Program-made: the position numbers and the translations under genes | Shown here: positions 22,445 to 32,770 of the stretch, piece by piece | Layout of the letters: every line of letters starts with the position of its first letter | Numbering within the stretch: the first letter of the stretch is position 1 | The notes under the pieces: model-generated | What the model saw: the letters and a program-made list of their open reading frames with translations, nothing else | Databases searched by the model: none | What the model was told of the DNA's origin: nothing | Assembly: GCA_964019335.1 (NCBI GenBank) | Contig: OZ025662.1 | Location: forward strand, 62,001-126,000 | Length of the DNA: 64,000 bases | Source: Diplonema japonicum | Taxonomy: Eukaryota; Protista; Euglenozoa: Diplonemea | Direction: 5' to 3'

Positions 22445-24160
22445 CTACCCGAACAGCCTTTGGGAAGGTCTCTGAGAGTCGAGGAATGTTGTGTTTGGTG
22501 TTGTGGCTCGCATTGAGGCGTTGAGCCGGTTGCCGGTACGGCCCGACGATTTGAAAAATCCTGTTGCACTGGCACGCAGCTGCGTTTCTCTCTGACTGAT
22601 ACTGTGTCGTTGCTCTTTGAGTTGCACCTCTTGGTCCAGAAGGGGTTGCTCGGCCACCTCTACTTCTTTTCTTTTTTGGACGTAAATCTGGTACTCGTTC
22701 TTTAATTGGTGCACATATTCCTCCTGCCTCAAGACTTCTTTGGAACACTCCTCTGCCTCTTGCAACGTGTTTTTCTCTTTTGCAATAGTCTGTCTGCGTG
22801 TCTCTTCCAGCTCCTCTTTGCACGCAGCAAGACTGACGGTCACTTCCTCTTCTTCTGCAGTCATCCTTTCGAGGTTTGCAAGCATCGTTCTCGCTTCAGC
22901 CTGTTTGTCCCCCACAGCTCTCAGCTGCTGCTTGGCGTTATCAACTTCTGCTGCCGTCTGTTCGAGAGTGTTTTGCACTTTTTTTACCTTGCTCCTTGCC
23001 TTTCGCAGTTCCTGTGAGCTAGAGTCAACTACCTTCTGGTGTCTTTCCACATCACGGCGGGCATCTTCTAATGCCTGTCGCAACTGCTCTTCTTTTCTCT
23101 TGCACGTGTCGAGTTCATGCTTGTGCCCAACGAACCGCTCTTCCACATCGCTCGAATCCTGCGTCGCATTGTAGAGCATCTGCCGCACCTTGCTATACTT
23201 CTCGGCCCTCATGTGTACCTCAGTTTCGCTGTCACGGATTTGCTGTTGTATGTCGTTGTGCTTCTTCTTCACTTTCTCGTACTCCGCAACGGTGTTGCCC
23301 CGCTTGGCGCTTTGCTGGTGCATCTTGCTATTCATGGCGGCGATCTCATGATCGCATCTTTTCACCTCCTGTTTGATTGCCTCGTTGGCATCCCTGCAAG
23401 CATGCTCTTGCTCCCTTCGAACCAGGAGAAGTTCATCGTTCGATTGCATTTCCTGCTTCTGCTTGTAATCCTCCCAGTAGTCTCTCGTGCGGTAATACAG
23501 GCAGTCGGTAAGTGTAGGGTGCTCCACGCACAGGTCATGGAACTCCGCGTACTCTAGAACGCCGTCGTTGTTCAGATCGCCCCAGCGGAACATTTGCATG
23601 ACAGTGGCAGTGCTGAAGGTGACACCCAGGGTCTTAAAGCCGCGCAAAAACTCACTCTCGTCGATCACGTTGTCACTATTGACGTCTATCTCTTCGAACA
23701 CGACACGCACCCGCTCCTGAGGCGCAGCGGTGTCAGGCAGTGCTGCCTTCATGGCTTTCTGTGCGGGTGGGATCTGCTTTGCTGACTCCTTATGCCAAGG
23801 GGTCTCCTTCTGGAAAGCATACACCTGACACAAGTGGGTGAGCTGCCTCATCGCCACTAATTCCTGCCATTCCCCGCACCCAGTGTCATACACTTGCATC
23901 CTTTCGATTTTAAAGGACTGTGCAGGTGTGCCTTCGGGCCTCTGCACTGCCGCTTCCATCCCGAATATCTTAGATGCTGCGCTTGTGAACTCATCAAGGT
24001 CCGGGTGCCCAGGGAAAGGAATCTCAAGGTTCACCTTGTTGTCACAAATCTGTGCAGCAACATTTACTACAAAGTCATCTTCGGTTGGCTCATCGTGCAG
24101 CATCACCTGGTGAGTGGGTGTCGTTGGAGGGACCACCCCACGACTACGTCCATACGGCAT
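22445..24160 (-). CDS. BILBO1-like protein (BILBO1 N-terminal domain, 2 EF-hands, long coiled coil)
   Basis: VNVAAQI.DNKVNLEIPF...W.EL....QLTHLCQVYAFQ N-terminal domain; EF-hands DVNSDNVIDESE and DLNNDGVLEYAE; about 330 aa of coiled coil. Confidence 0.85.
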   Translation of the reverse strand: MPYGRSRGVVPPTTPTHQVMLHDEPTEDDFVVNVAAQICDNKVNLEIPFPGHPDLDEFTSAASKIFGMEAAVQRPEGTPAQSFKIERMQVYDTGCGEWQELVAMRQLTHLCQVYAFQKETPWHKESAKQIPPAQKAMKAALPDTAAPQERVRVVFEEIDVNSDNVIDESEFLRGFKTLGVTFSTATVMQMFRWGDLNNDGVLEYAEFHDLCVEHPTLTDCLYYRTRDYWEDYKQKQEMQSNDELLLVRREQEHACRDANEAIKQEVKRCDHEIAAMNSKMHQQSAKRGNTVAEYEKVKKKHNDIQQQIRDSETEVHMRAEKYSKVRQMLYNATQDSSDVEERFVGHKHELDTCKRKEEQLRQALEDARRDVERHQKVVDSSSQELRKARSKVKKVQNTLEQTAAEVDNAKQQLRAVGDKQAEARTMLANLERMTAEEEEVTVSLAACKEELEETRRQTIAKEKNTLQEAEECSKEVLRQEEYVHQLKNEYQIYVQKRKEVEVAEQPLLDQEVQLKEQRHSISQRETQLRASATGFFKSSGRTGNRLNASMRATTPNTTFLDSQRPSQRLFG

Positions 24161-24228
24161 CTCCACCTGTGGTGCTGGTGCTGGGGTGGTTTGTGGCAAG
24201 CAAACATATTAAAATATCTAAAAGTTAT

Positions 24229-25545
24229 CTAAACCACATCCAGGTTGACTAATCCTTCATTGTCATACAGCCCGTGCCGCATGTCAAGCGTCCCCTCGTT
24301 GAACCGCCACACCTGCAGATATCCGTCACCCTCCACAGACGCCACGCAACCGTCGGCACCCATAGACTCCAAAGGAGGGCAGGCGACTGCCTCGCACTGT
24401 GACTTGTGGCCGAAGTGTGTCGCTACAAGCGAAGAGTCGCCCTGACCACCTTCTGTGTGGTACGGGAGTGTTGCCTGCGAGAGGTCGTACATCTCCACGC
24501 GGCCGTCCGAGGAGCCCATGACGAACCGGCTTTCATCCTCCACAGGGCAGCCACCTGTGACCCACTTTAGGGTAGTAACTTCACCCTCGACAGGTATCGT
24601 TGTCAGGGCCAGCTCCAACTTCCTATCATCCCTCACAACCACCCTGCCCTGCGTGTCTCCTGAGAGCAGAATATGAGGCTTCGACACGCCCCCTGATCTA
24701 TTGTAGCACAAGCTATTGATGCCGAGCTCCCTCTCACAGTCAAGTACAGGCTCGACACCTACACTAGCTGCCGGGCTTGACATCCTCGTGTCCCACAGGA
24801 AAATCATGCCATCATCTCCCGAAGAGGCCAAGATACTGTGGCTGTGTCCAGACCACGACACGTTGCCAACTTCCTTTGTGTGCTGTGCCATGCTGAGGAT
24901 GGGTTTCTTGGATGTTTCATCCCACACTTTGACAGTGGTGTCGTACGAGCAGGAAGCGAGGAGGCCCTCACGGTGTGGGCACCACTCGAGGCCGTAGCCC
25001 TCCTTTGTGTGGCCAACGAGTGTGGACATAGGCTCGTGTGTACTGAGGTTATAGAGGATAATGTCACCTGTGCAGCAGTTAGCAGCAAGGACGTCTGGCT
25101 TCTGTGGCATATAGGACATCCTGTGGCACTTGGTAGGGTGCGGTATCCTGTGCTGCACTACAGAAGCGGGCACATTGGTGGCAGCGGGGGCACGCGGGTC
25201 CCCACCTTGCAGGCCAGGGATGAACCCAGTGGGGATGGTGGTCTCAACAGTCATGATGTAATTCTGCGCGTCTTCACTCAGCGTGGCAGCCACGAGGTTG
25301 TGCACACGCCCCTCCACACCACCGGCATAGGGCTTCGCACGACCTACACCAGGCAGCCATGCAACGTCGATTATATTCTGTCCTAAGTGCGTGGAGTTCA
25401 CAAAACCATACAGCACAACTGTTATCTCCTCCGCCCATGCTTTGTAGCGCTCTGCAAGTATCGCCTCCTCGTCTTCAAACTCCTCCTCTTCTTCTTCCTC
25501 CCCCTCTAGACACTCCTCGATTATGTCATCTTCCATTTTACTCAT
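24229..25545 (-). CDS. RBBP4/CAF-1 subunit C-like histone-binding WD40 protein
   Basis: Acidic N-terminus, ERYKAW H4-binding-like helix, RIPH..CHRMSYMPQ, LVGHTKEGYGLEW, HFGHKS. Confidence 0.8.
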   Translation of the reverse strand: MSKMEDDIIEECLEGEEEEEEEFEDEEAILAERYKAWAEEITVVLYGFVNSTHLGQNIIDVAWLPGVGRAKPYAGGVEGRVHNLVAATLSEDAQNYIMTVETTIPTGFIPGLQGGDPRAPAATNVPASVVQHRIPHPTKCHRMSYMPQKPDVLAANCCTGDIILYNLSTHEPMSTLVGHTKEGYGLEWCPHREGLLASCSYDTTVKVWDETSKKPILSMAQHTKEVGNVSWSGHSHSILASSGDDGMIFLWDTRMSSPAASVGVEPVLDCERELGINSLCYNRSGGVSKPHILLSGDTQGRVVVRDDRKLELALTTIPVEGEVTTLKWVTGGCPVEDESRFVMGSSDGRVEMYDLSQATLPYHTEGGQGDSSLVATHFGHKSQCEAVACPPLESMGADGCVASVEGDGYLQVWRFNEGTLDMRHGLYDNEGLVNLDVV

Positions 25546-25696
25546 TTTGTAGTGACAAGTATCTGGTATTGATATGAAGACAGCACTCCAAATAAAATGC
25601 AATTAACTGTGAGTAGATATGTGTAAATGTACATCCGGTTTTTTTGGTTTACTAACTCCTTTCTTTTTTTTCTTTCTTTTTAAGTTATTATTACGA

Positions 25697-26260
25697 TCAG
25701 TCCTTGATCGACTCGCGTGGTTGCAAGGGCCGGTCGGCGGGAGTGTCGGTGGGGATGGTGGCCGCTGCCTGCCGGTCCTTATCTTTAATGCAACAGCAGC
25801 AACAAAACAATGCTAATTTCTGGCAGCCCTTCACGGTAGGCTTCGAAGGACGACGTTGGAGGGCGGGATATGAGACGCGATGGGAGGGGCGTCGAGAGCC
25901 AGCCTCTGGGTACGGTACTGTTGAGCGCCGGGGAGAGAGCGATGGGGAGTTGTCACGCGAGGGCTCAGACCCTGACGACCCGAAGCGGAACTTCGATAGA
26001 CTTGCAGTACTATTTTTCTTCTCCGCTTTGCCCTTTACTTTCAGCATGTTTTCAACTGGGATCTTCGCAACACTAGGCGAGCCTGCCTCTGGGTGCGACT
26101 CCTCGTCTTCTGCCTCTTCATCGCCATCTACTGCATGCACTTCACATTTTTCGTCAAACCCACTGTTGTCACTCACACTGTGCTTTGTGCTCTCAAACTG
26201 CACTACCACCCCCGTCCCCCCGCTGCTACTGAACGAGCTGCTTTCCCACTCCTCACTCAT
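25697..26260 (-). CDS. Hypothetical disordered protein with C-terminal Cys cluster
   Basis: 187-aa Ser-rich ORF; LFCCCCI suggests a palmitoylation site. Confidence 0.65.
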   Translation of the reverse strand: MSEEWESSSFSSSGGTGVVVQFESTKHSVSDNSGFDEKCEVHAVDGDEEAEDEESHPEAGSPSVAKIPVENMLKVKGKAEKKNSTASLSKFRFGSSGSEPSRDNSPSLSPRRSTVPYPEAGSRRPSHRVSYPALQRRPSKPTVKGCQKLALFCCCCCIKDKDRQAAATIPTDTPADRPLQPRESIKD

Positions 26261-26438
26261 GCCCTTAATATCTGCGTGGGGTTGTCACATTCTGCAGGGT
26301 GCGAAGAAAAAAAAAAAACAAAGAGAAATAAAAGAACAGAAAGGAAAACAGTAATCTATTTGAACTTTAAAAGAGGTCCTTTTAACAATAAGAAGAAAAA
26401 AATTCTAATTCATGTGCTTCTGCGGCACTTCTAAATTT

Positions 26439-29400
26439 TTATGGCAAAATAGGTTGAAGAAAGTTGGATATGCGCCTGGTCCAGAAGGCTTCTGACTCAA
26501 GTGTGGAAACGGTGGATGCGGCGCTAGAGGACCGCATGGATTTGTCGGGTTTGTGAGAAGAGGTAGGAGCCACCTTGCATGGGGGAGGGTGCCAAGGTGC
26601 AATGGGAGGAGAAGAGTGGGAAAGAGCAGGTGACACGGAAAAGGGCCCCCTTATGTGCAGCCTGGTGATGGCGTCCTTGTGGCATAGAAGGATATTTTTC
26701 AAGCGTTTCATCTCGGAGCTCGTAATCTGATCCCTCTCGAGAGCCTCTCTGATGGGGATGTTCAACAGAGACAATCTATCTCCCTGCTGGTCCTTGAGTT
26801 TCGTGGGCTTCTTCTTCGTCTTCAATTCCACAGACGGCGGTGGCCCTGTGGCGTGGTCGATTGCCTTCCTCAACACCGCCAACCCAAACTTCGGGTCGAT
26901 CTGTGTCAACAGTGCTTTCTGCGGTGCCTGCACGAACACCCCCGACTCCCCCGATTGCACCGGTGCAGGGTAGGTCTTCTTAGGCCCCTTCTTGTCGCTC
27001 TCTTTTATCTCCTTTCCTTTTGCTTTTTTACCGTCTGTAAAGTGCAGCTCTTCGAGCATTGTCTCTGCAGTTGGTTTGTAAACAGAACTCTGCACCTCCT
27101 GTGTATTATCATACTGCCCACCCTTCTCGTCTTCTGGGACGAACTGCACCTTCTGCCCCCGAGCTGTTGTGGCCAGCCTGTCCAGCCACACGCTGCCAGC
27201 AGCCTCTGTTGCATAAACTGCTTGCTTCCCCCGACGGCGGTGTACGTCCCTCAGCGAACGCCCTTCTCCTGCACGGTTCTTCATCTCCTTCATGGCGTCC
27301 TTCACCTTGCGCTTGCGGTCTCTGTCCATTGTCTTGAACCCTTCTGAGTAACTGCTCCGCTTCTTGTACTTAGGGTACTCTCGGTCCTCGTCTTCGTCGG
27401 GGATGATGGCGGTAGCAAAGAGCTCATCGGTTGTTCTAGCTGAGGGCTTGCTTTTAGGTGGTGAAGCGGTGGCAGGTATGAAGGGCGATCCCGTGCGGGC
27501 TGGGAGGGAGTGTGACCTTGGGACTGCTACCTGCACAATGCCCGACCGTCTTCTGAGGTCGCATTTAGATGGGGTGAGGGGCTGCGTGGAGTCTGTGCTA
27601 GACGACAAGAATGAAGAGGATGAAGCTGAAGATTCAGAAGGCGAGGGGGGTGCAGGAGGGGACCGCTGAGGGGTCTTTTTCTCCGCGACTGGCATCGTGA
27701 CTTCCATGCTATCGTCGGAGATATCTACCTCCAACACCCTCGGTGTGGCCACTTCCGACAATGTCTCAGTGGTACCCGTCTCTGCCTCTGACCCGAGCAC
27801 ATCAACAGGCGGCGGAGGAGGTGCCCTCTTTGGAGTGCCTTTGTTCACTAAGGGTAATACAATGGTATGTTCCAAGAAAATCTCTTGCCTCTCCTTGAGC
27901 TCCAGCATGCCAATATCGACTCTAATATTGCTCTCGGTCGTCTCGACTGTGTAGCTTGCTTCCCGGACGAACACTTTTTGCAGTTCCAACGTCCGTTGTG
28001 CATGCTTCTGCAAGTGCATCTCACGGGATATTGCTTCTTTCCACTCGATTTTCAAAACGGGCCATATTTGCACCCAGCCCACTGTCACAGCCTCCCTGCC
28101 AACGGACTCACAGTCGAGCAAGGCGTGTCTTTGCAAGGAACGTGAAGTAGCTTCCTCTTTACCCCACAGCACTGCACGCTCTGCCCTTTCACGTCTGCTG
28201 AGATATTTGTGTAGTAATTTCGTCCTTTTACGGCTTTCCGCCTCGGCGATGAGACACTTCTCTGCGTCCAGCTGCAGAAAGAGATACCTCTGCCTGCCGT
28301 GCTGTTCAAACGTCTGGACTTCCTCCCTCCCGTCAGCCTCGTGGGGTGCTAGGCGCGTAACTATTGTTAGCTCAGCAGTGCGTAGTGCCTCAAGTGCTTC
28401 CGCTTTTTCCTGCTCACGAAGTTTCTCCTCTTCGAAGTGACGCTGCTGCTGCCACAAGGCCACTCTTTCCCTTTCGAGCTCGGCAGCTCGTTTTTGCTCC
28501 TCCATGCGTGCCTTGGTGGTGGTCTCTGAATGCAACTGCATCTCTTCAAGCATCCTGTTCCGTTCCCTTTCTAACTCCTCGCGTTGGCGTCTTAAAGCAG
28601 CCTCTTCCCGCTCACGAGCTGCTTTCGATAGGCTCTCCGCTAGTTGCACTTCTTCCATCATCTCCCTCTGCTTCTTTTCAAGTTGCTCTTCCTGCGCCCG
28701 CTTTGCTTCGTCGGCTTCTCTCTGCTGCTTCTCGAGTAACTCTTCCTGTGCTTTGATTGTCCGTCGTTGCTTATCTGCTTGCCGTTCCCTTTCTTCCCGT
28801 TCAGCCTTTTGTGACGCTTCCTCTTGCTCTCTTCTCGCAGTCGCCAGCTCTTGTCTCTGTCTCATGAGCGCCATCTTCTCTTTTTGTAGCTCTTCTTCTT
28901 GTGCTGCCCTCTCAAAAGCGTTCTTCTGCTGCAGATATTCGAAGTGTTCTTTTGCTAGCTCCAGCTCGTGTTGCAGCCTTTTTATTTGCGCTTTCTCTTG
29001 CTCAGCTTCTGTGGCTTGTCGGTGGAGGGAAAGGTTTGCCTCTTCCTTCAGTGCAACAAGCCTCCTTTCTTCTTGTCTCACCATGGCGCTCTTCTCGTCG
29101 ACTAGCTGCATCTGCCCAACAACCTCTTGCTGCCTTTTGCTATCTGCTTCGCGCAGTGTTTCGATCTCCCGCTGGAGCCGTCGCTCATTCTCCAGAATGG
29201 CGTCCTTCTCCTTCTGGAAGCTTGCATCAAGCATCTCGTTGAAGCTGGTCTCCTTTTCAATGAGCTCGATCTCACGATCCTTAACCTGTTTCATGCTCTG
29301 CTGTTGTTCTTTCGCCAGCTTCTTCTGGATAGCGTGTCTCTCCTTTTCGAGCTTGTCACTCTCTCTTTCAAGCTTCTGTTTCAGCTCAAACTCTTTCTTG

Positions 29401-31256
29401 TGTAATTCTGCCTGCGCTGCTTCCACCGCTTTCAGGTGCTGTGCTTCTTCTTCCCGAAGTCGCTGTTGTTCCTTCTTGCGTTGTGCTTTCAGCCTGTTGA
29501 GCTCCTCTTCAGCTTCTTGTTTTCGCCTTTTCTCAGCCTCCAATAGCTCTTCTGTTCTGTGCTTTTCTATTTCAGCTTCTTCTTTCTCTTTAAGTAGTGC
29601 TACCTCTCTTTTCCTGTGTTCATGCTCCACTTCGGCCCTCTCCCGCTCCCTCTGTCTTGCTACTTTCTTCTGCTCCAGCACTAGCCTTTCCTGCTCTTCA
29701 ACTTCTCGTCTCTGGCGAACACGTTCCTTTCTTTCCTCTTCTTCCTTCTTGGCTTGTATCTCACGTTGTGTCTTCTCGTGTAAGATCTGCTGCTCCTTGT
29801 GCAGGACCCACTTCTTTGTTTCAATGTCTTCGTCCTCTTTCATCTTCTTTAACCTTGCGATATGTTCCCTTTGTTCTTTGAGCTCTCTTTTAAAGCCCTC
29901 GTCTAGTGAATGCATCTCGCTGTGTATCTGCACCTCGGCTTCCTTCACCTTCAGTGTCATTTCACGCTCTGCGATTTCTTTTTCTCGCAAAGTCACTTCG
30001 TCCTCCCTGCTGCCCACTGAGGTGATCACATTCAAAGCTTGTTGCGTCATCTTCGTAATGGTGCTGGTCAGCTTCTCCTCTGTCGCGTCGGTTAGCTTCT
30101 TGAGAGACACCTCTGTCGCGGACAAGTCATCGCCCACAGGGTCGTTGCCCACAGGCTGCGTTGTGTCCAGCGATACATCCAATACCTTCAACGAACTCTT
30201 CCAATCATTGTTCAGCTTCCCCAGCTCGCACGATGCCCTGTCCAATGCCCCCGTCGGTGAGCCTGGTGGAGGTGAGCTCGGTGGAGGTGAGCTCGCTTGT
30301 GTGTTTTGATCTGCACGTGCTAGTATGCCCTGCTCCTGCGCTTCATGATTCTGCGGTGACACGAAAGGCGAATTCGATATCGGCAGCCCTGGCGGAACAG
30401 GCAGATGCCGCAGACCGTCATCGCTGTCATCAGACACTGACCATGCAGAACCCGAGCGGGGGGTGGTCCTCTGCACTTCTTCGTTGGCCTGCGGTGTCTT
30501 TGCCCATGGCGGGGGTGATGGTGTCCCCTTCGGCTTGTGTCTATTTTTAACAGCACGCGTGTTCGGTTTCCTGCACTGCAATGTGTGGTGTGCTTCACCA
30601 CATTTTTCACACTTCGTCCTCTTCAAAACCTCAGGCGTGTCGACGAGGTGCAGCTTCTCCCTTTCCTCCTGCTGCGGTGTCCACAGCACCATGGGCGACC
30701 AGTGGCTTGAGGTGTCCTCCGCGCTCTTGTGTATGATGGTTTCATTAGGAGTGTGGTCGGCCTCGAGAGCAGACTCCTCCACCTGTGACCCGGTGTCAAC
30801 GCCGCCTACCTGGACGTACTGCGTGGAGGTGGAGGGAGAGGGAGAGGGTGGCCTTATGGGGGACGGCTCGGGGGGCGGGGTCGGGGTGCCGCCAAGGCGT
30901 GAGGCCCATGGAGGGAGTGCAAGGGTGGTGGGTGGCGTGTAGGGTATCCCCAAATCATAAAGCGGCGTCAGGTCCGTCGGTGTGCTGTCATTGACTGGTG
31001 ACAAGGCCCACGCGGGCAGCACCTCGTCTGTGGCTTTGATCGCAACTATTTCACGCTTCTTCTTCATGGGTGTCCTCACCTTTGTGCTTGACACCTTAGT
31101 GCTTGGGAGCCTCTTGCTGGAGTCCACATTGTAGAGAGGCTTGCTCCCGAACCCGCCCAGCTGGGAGGACGATCTCCTCAGCCGCCCGCTCTTCTTGTGA
31201 ACTGGATACACCCGTCCTTGGTACACACCAAGGGTGTCGTCCGGCGCACTTGACAT
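26439..31256 (-). CDS. Large coiled-coil protein with a CCHC zinc knuckle
   Basis: 1605-aa ORF with CEKCGEAHHTLQC and about 700 aa of E/K/R/Q-rich helix. Confidence 0.85.
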   Translation of the reverse strand: MSSAPDDTLGVYQGRVYPVHKKSGRLRRSSSQLGGFGSKPLYNVDSSKRLPSTKVSSTKVRTPMKKKREIVAIKATDEVLPAWALSPVNDSTPTDLTPLYDLGIPYTPPTTLALPPWASRLGGTPTPPPEPSPIRPPSPSPSTSTQYVQVGGVDTGSQVEESALEADHTPNETIIHKSAEDTSSHWSPMVLWTPQQEEREKLHLVDTPEVLKRTKCEKCGEAHHTLQCRKPNTRAVKNRHKPKGTPSPPPWAKTPQANEEVQRTTPRSGSAWSVSDDSDDGLRHLPVPPGLPISNSPFVSPQNHEAQEQGILARADQNTQASSPPPSSPPPGSPTGALDRASCELGKLNNDWKSSLKVLDVSLDTTQPVGNDPVGDDLSATEVSLKKLTDATEEKLTSTITKMTQQALNVITSVGSREDEVTLREKEIAEREMTLKVKEAEVQIHSEMHSLDEGFKRELKEQREHIARLKKMKEDEDIETKKWVLHKEQQILHEKTQREIQAKKEEEERKERVRQRREVEEQERLVLEQKKVARQRERERAEVEHEHRKREVALLKEKEEAEIEKHRTEELLEAEKRRKQEAEEELNRLKAQRKKEQQRLREEEAQHLKAVEAAQAELHKKEFELKQKLERESDKLEKERHAIQKKLAKEQQQSMKQVKDREIELIEKETSFNEMLDASFQKEKDAILENERRLQREIETLREADSKRQQEVVGQMQLVDEKSAMVRQEERRLVALKEEANLSLHRQATEAEQEKAQIKRLQHELELAKEHFEYLQQKNAFERAAQEEELQKEKMALMRQRQELATARREQEEASQKAEREERERQADKQRRTIKAQEELLEKQQREADEAKRAQEEQLEKKQREMMEEVQLAESLSKAAREREEAALRRQREELERERNRMLEEMQLHSETTTKARMEEQKRAAELERERVALWQQQRHFEEEKLREQEKAEALEALRTAELTIVTRLAPHEADGREEVQTFEQHGRQRYLFLQLDAEKCLIAEAESRKRTKLLHKYLSRRERAERAVLWGKEEATSRSLQRHALLDCESVGREAVTVGWVQIWPVLKIEWKEAISREMHLQKHAQRTLELQKVFVREASYTVETTESNIRVDIGMLELKERQEIFLEHTIVLPLVNKGTPKRAPPPPPVDVLGSEAETGTTETLSEVATPRVLEVDISDDSMEVTMPVAEKKTPQRSPPAPPSPSESSASSSSFLSSSTDSTQPLTPSKCDLRRRSGIVQVAVPRSHSLPARTGSPFIPATASPPKSKPSARTTDELFATAIIPDEDEDREYPKYKKRSSYSEGFKTMDRDRKRKVKDAMKEMKNRAGEGRSLRDVHRRRGKQAVYATEAAGSVWLDRLATTARGQKVQFVPEDEKGGQYDNTQEVQSSVYKPTAETMLEELHFTDGKKAKGKEIKESDKKGPKKTYPAPVQSGESGVFVQAPQKALLTQIDPKFGLAVLRKAIDHATGPPPSVELKTKKKPTKLKDQQGDRLSLLNIPIREALERDQITSSEMKRLKNILLCHKDAITRLHIRGPFSVSPALSHSSPPIAPWHPPPCKVAPTSSHKPDKSMRSSSAASTVSTLESEAFWTRRISNFLQPILP

Positions 31257-32770
31257 GCCGCCCTGTGATGCTGAGGTGAAGAGCCGTAAGGCAAACAGAG
31301 GTAAAACAGAACAGATAAGTGAAGGGTGCCCAACAGAACTAAAACAGAAGAATAGGATGAATATTCAGAAGAGAGTGTTGGTTGGTGTAAGGCAGTCAAA
31401 TTGAGCATAACATAAAAAACTGAGAAGAAGGCGGACGAACAGAAAAAGAAAAATGGGGAGGGAAGAAGAAGGACTCGTTCGTAGGGGTGGGCAGGGGTAA
31501 GTTATAGAAAGAAAAAAAGGGGGGGGTGGGAGTACTACTGTGACAGGGATGACAACAAGAGCTTTTTGTTAAATAATATTTTTTTGTTTTTTGTTTCTTT
31601 GTTTTCTTTGAAACCAAAGCAGCTGTCCTTAAAAGCTCGTCAATCTCACCTGCGTTTCTTGAATTTTCTTGATTTGCTTGAAAGTATCATTCCATGTGGG
31701 TGGACGTGACAGGTTGTGCTGCCCAGCATTGTTATGATTCTTCTCGCCTGAACTAAAGCAGACATGTAATCAAAGCCGAGATTAATTCTCTTGGGGGAAG
31801 AAAAAAATTTTTTTTGATGAATAAGGGCAAAAAAAAAAAAAAAAAAAAGAAAACCGCTCCATGTCTCTACGACCTCGTTTGCAAAGTCCGAAGTGTCTAT
31901 GTATCTTTAAGGCATCCTCCAAAAGGCCGGCTGAGAAGGTTTCAGAAAGAATTGATATGCAGTCTCTCCTAACGGACTCACGGTGCTTTGGATGGGCCTA
32001 TCACTTGTGTTTTTTTTGGGGGGGGGATAACAACTTTCTTAGGGGGGTCAAAACGGGTTTTGGAGATATGGCGCGCAAATTATTCCAGATCAGTTCTTGA
32101 GCTCTGTCGGACCTGTGAGTGGTCAGTGCAGCGTAAGGAATAGAATTATTGTCATAATAATAAAAAAAATCTTTTTTGGGTGTCAGGTAAGAGAAAATGC
32201 TTCTTATAAGTATCTTCTCTCCTTTTATATATGGTTACTCCCCTCCTCCCCCCCCTCCGAGGTGAAGCCTTAACTTCATCCTTGGATACTATAACTAATA
32301 TTCTTACATGAAGCTGGCCAGCCACAAACACAACTACCTAGGTGAGGCCACCCCCCACCCCCATGGGTTTTTTTGTGTGTTCAGCAGCGGGGGCCTCCCA
32401 AGTGCCGGGTAACCCTCCCCATCATAGAAAGAAAAAGAATGAAACAGTCGAAAGTAGACGCTTAACCTGACTAAAAACGCAAGGGAAGAAAAGAGAAAAA
32501 AGAGGGGGGAAAAAAAAACATCATTAGCATCGTTAGCCTCGTGCGGGGAAAGAAACATAACATAAACTGTAAAGGCCCGTGCAGGCAAAGACGCAGCGAG
32601 AGGATGTCTGCAATGCCACTATGCGGCACACCTTTCGCCGAACTGTTGCTGTTCAACGGAAAAGCGATTTGGAGACAACACAAACGCGCCTGCCAGACCA
32701 TGACCATGACCATGACCATGGCTAGTAATACTAGCTAATAGATATAAAGACTGGCGTATGCAGCATTGAG

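Noticed and set aside
28504-30309. 601-aa plus-strand ORF (similarly 18776-19393 and 58540-60024)
   Set aside because: Antisense shadows of E/K/A-rich or codon-biased real genes; Ser/Phe/Ala-rich nonsense composition.
32697-32720. (ACCATG)4 tandem repeat
   Set aside because: Ordinary microsatellite in a 3' flank.
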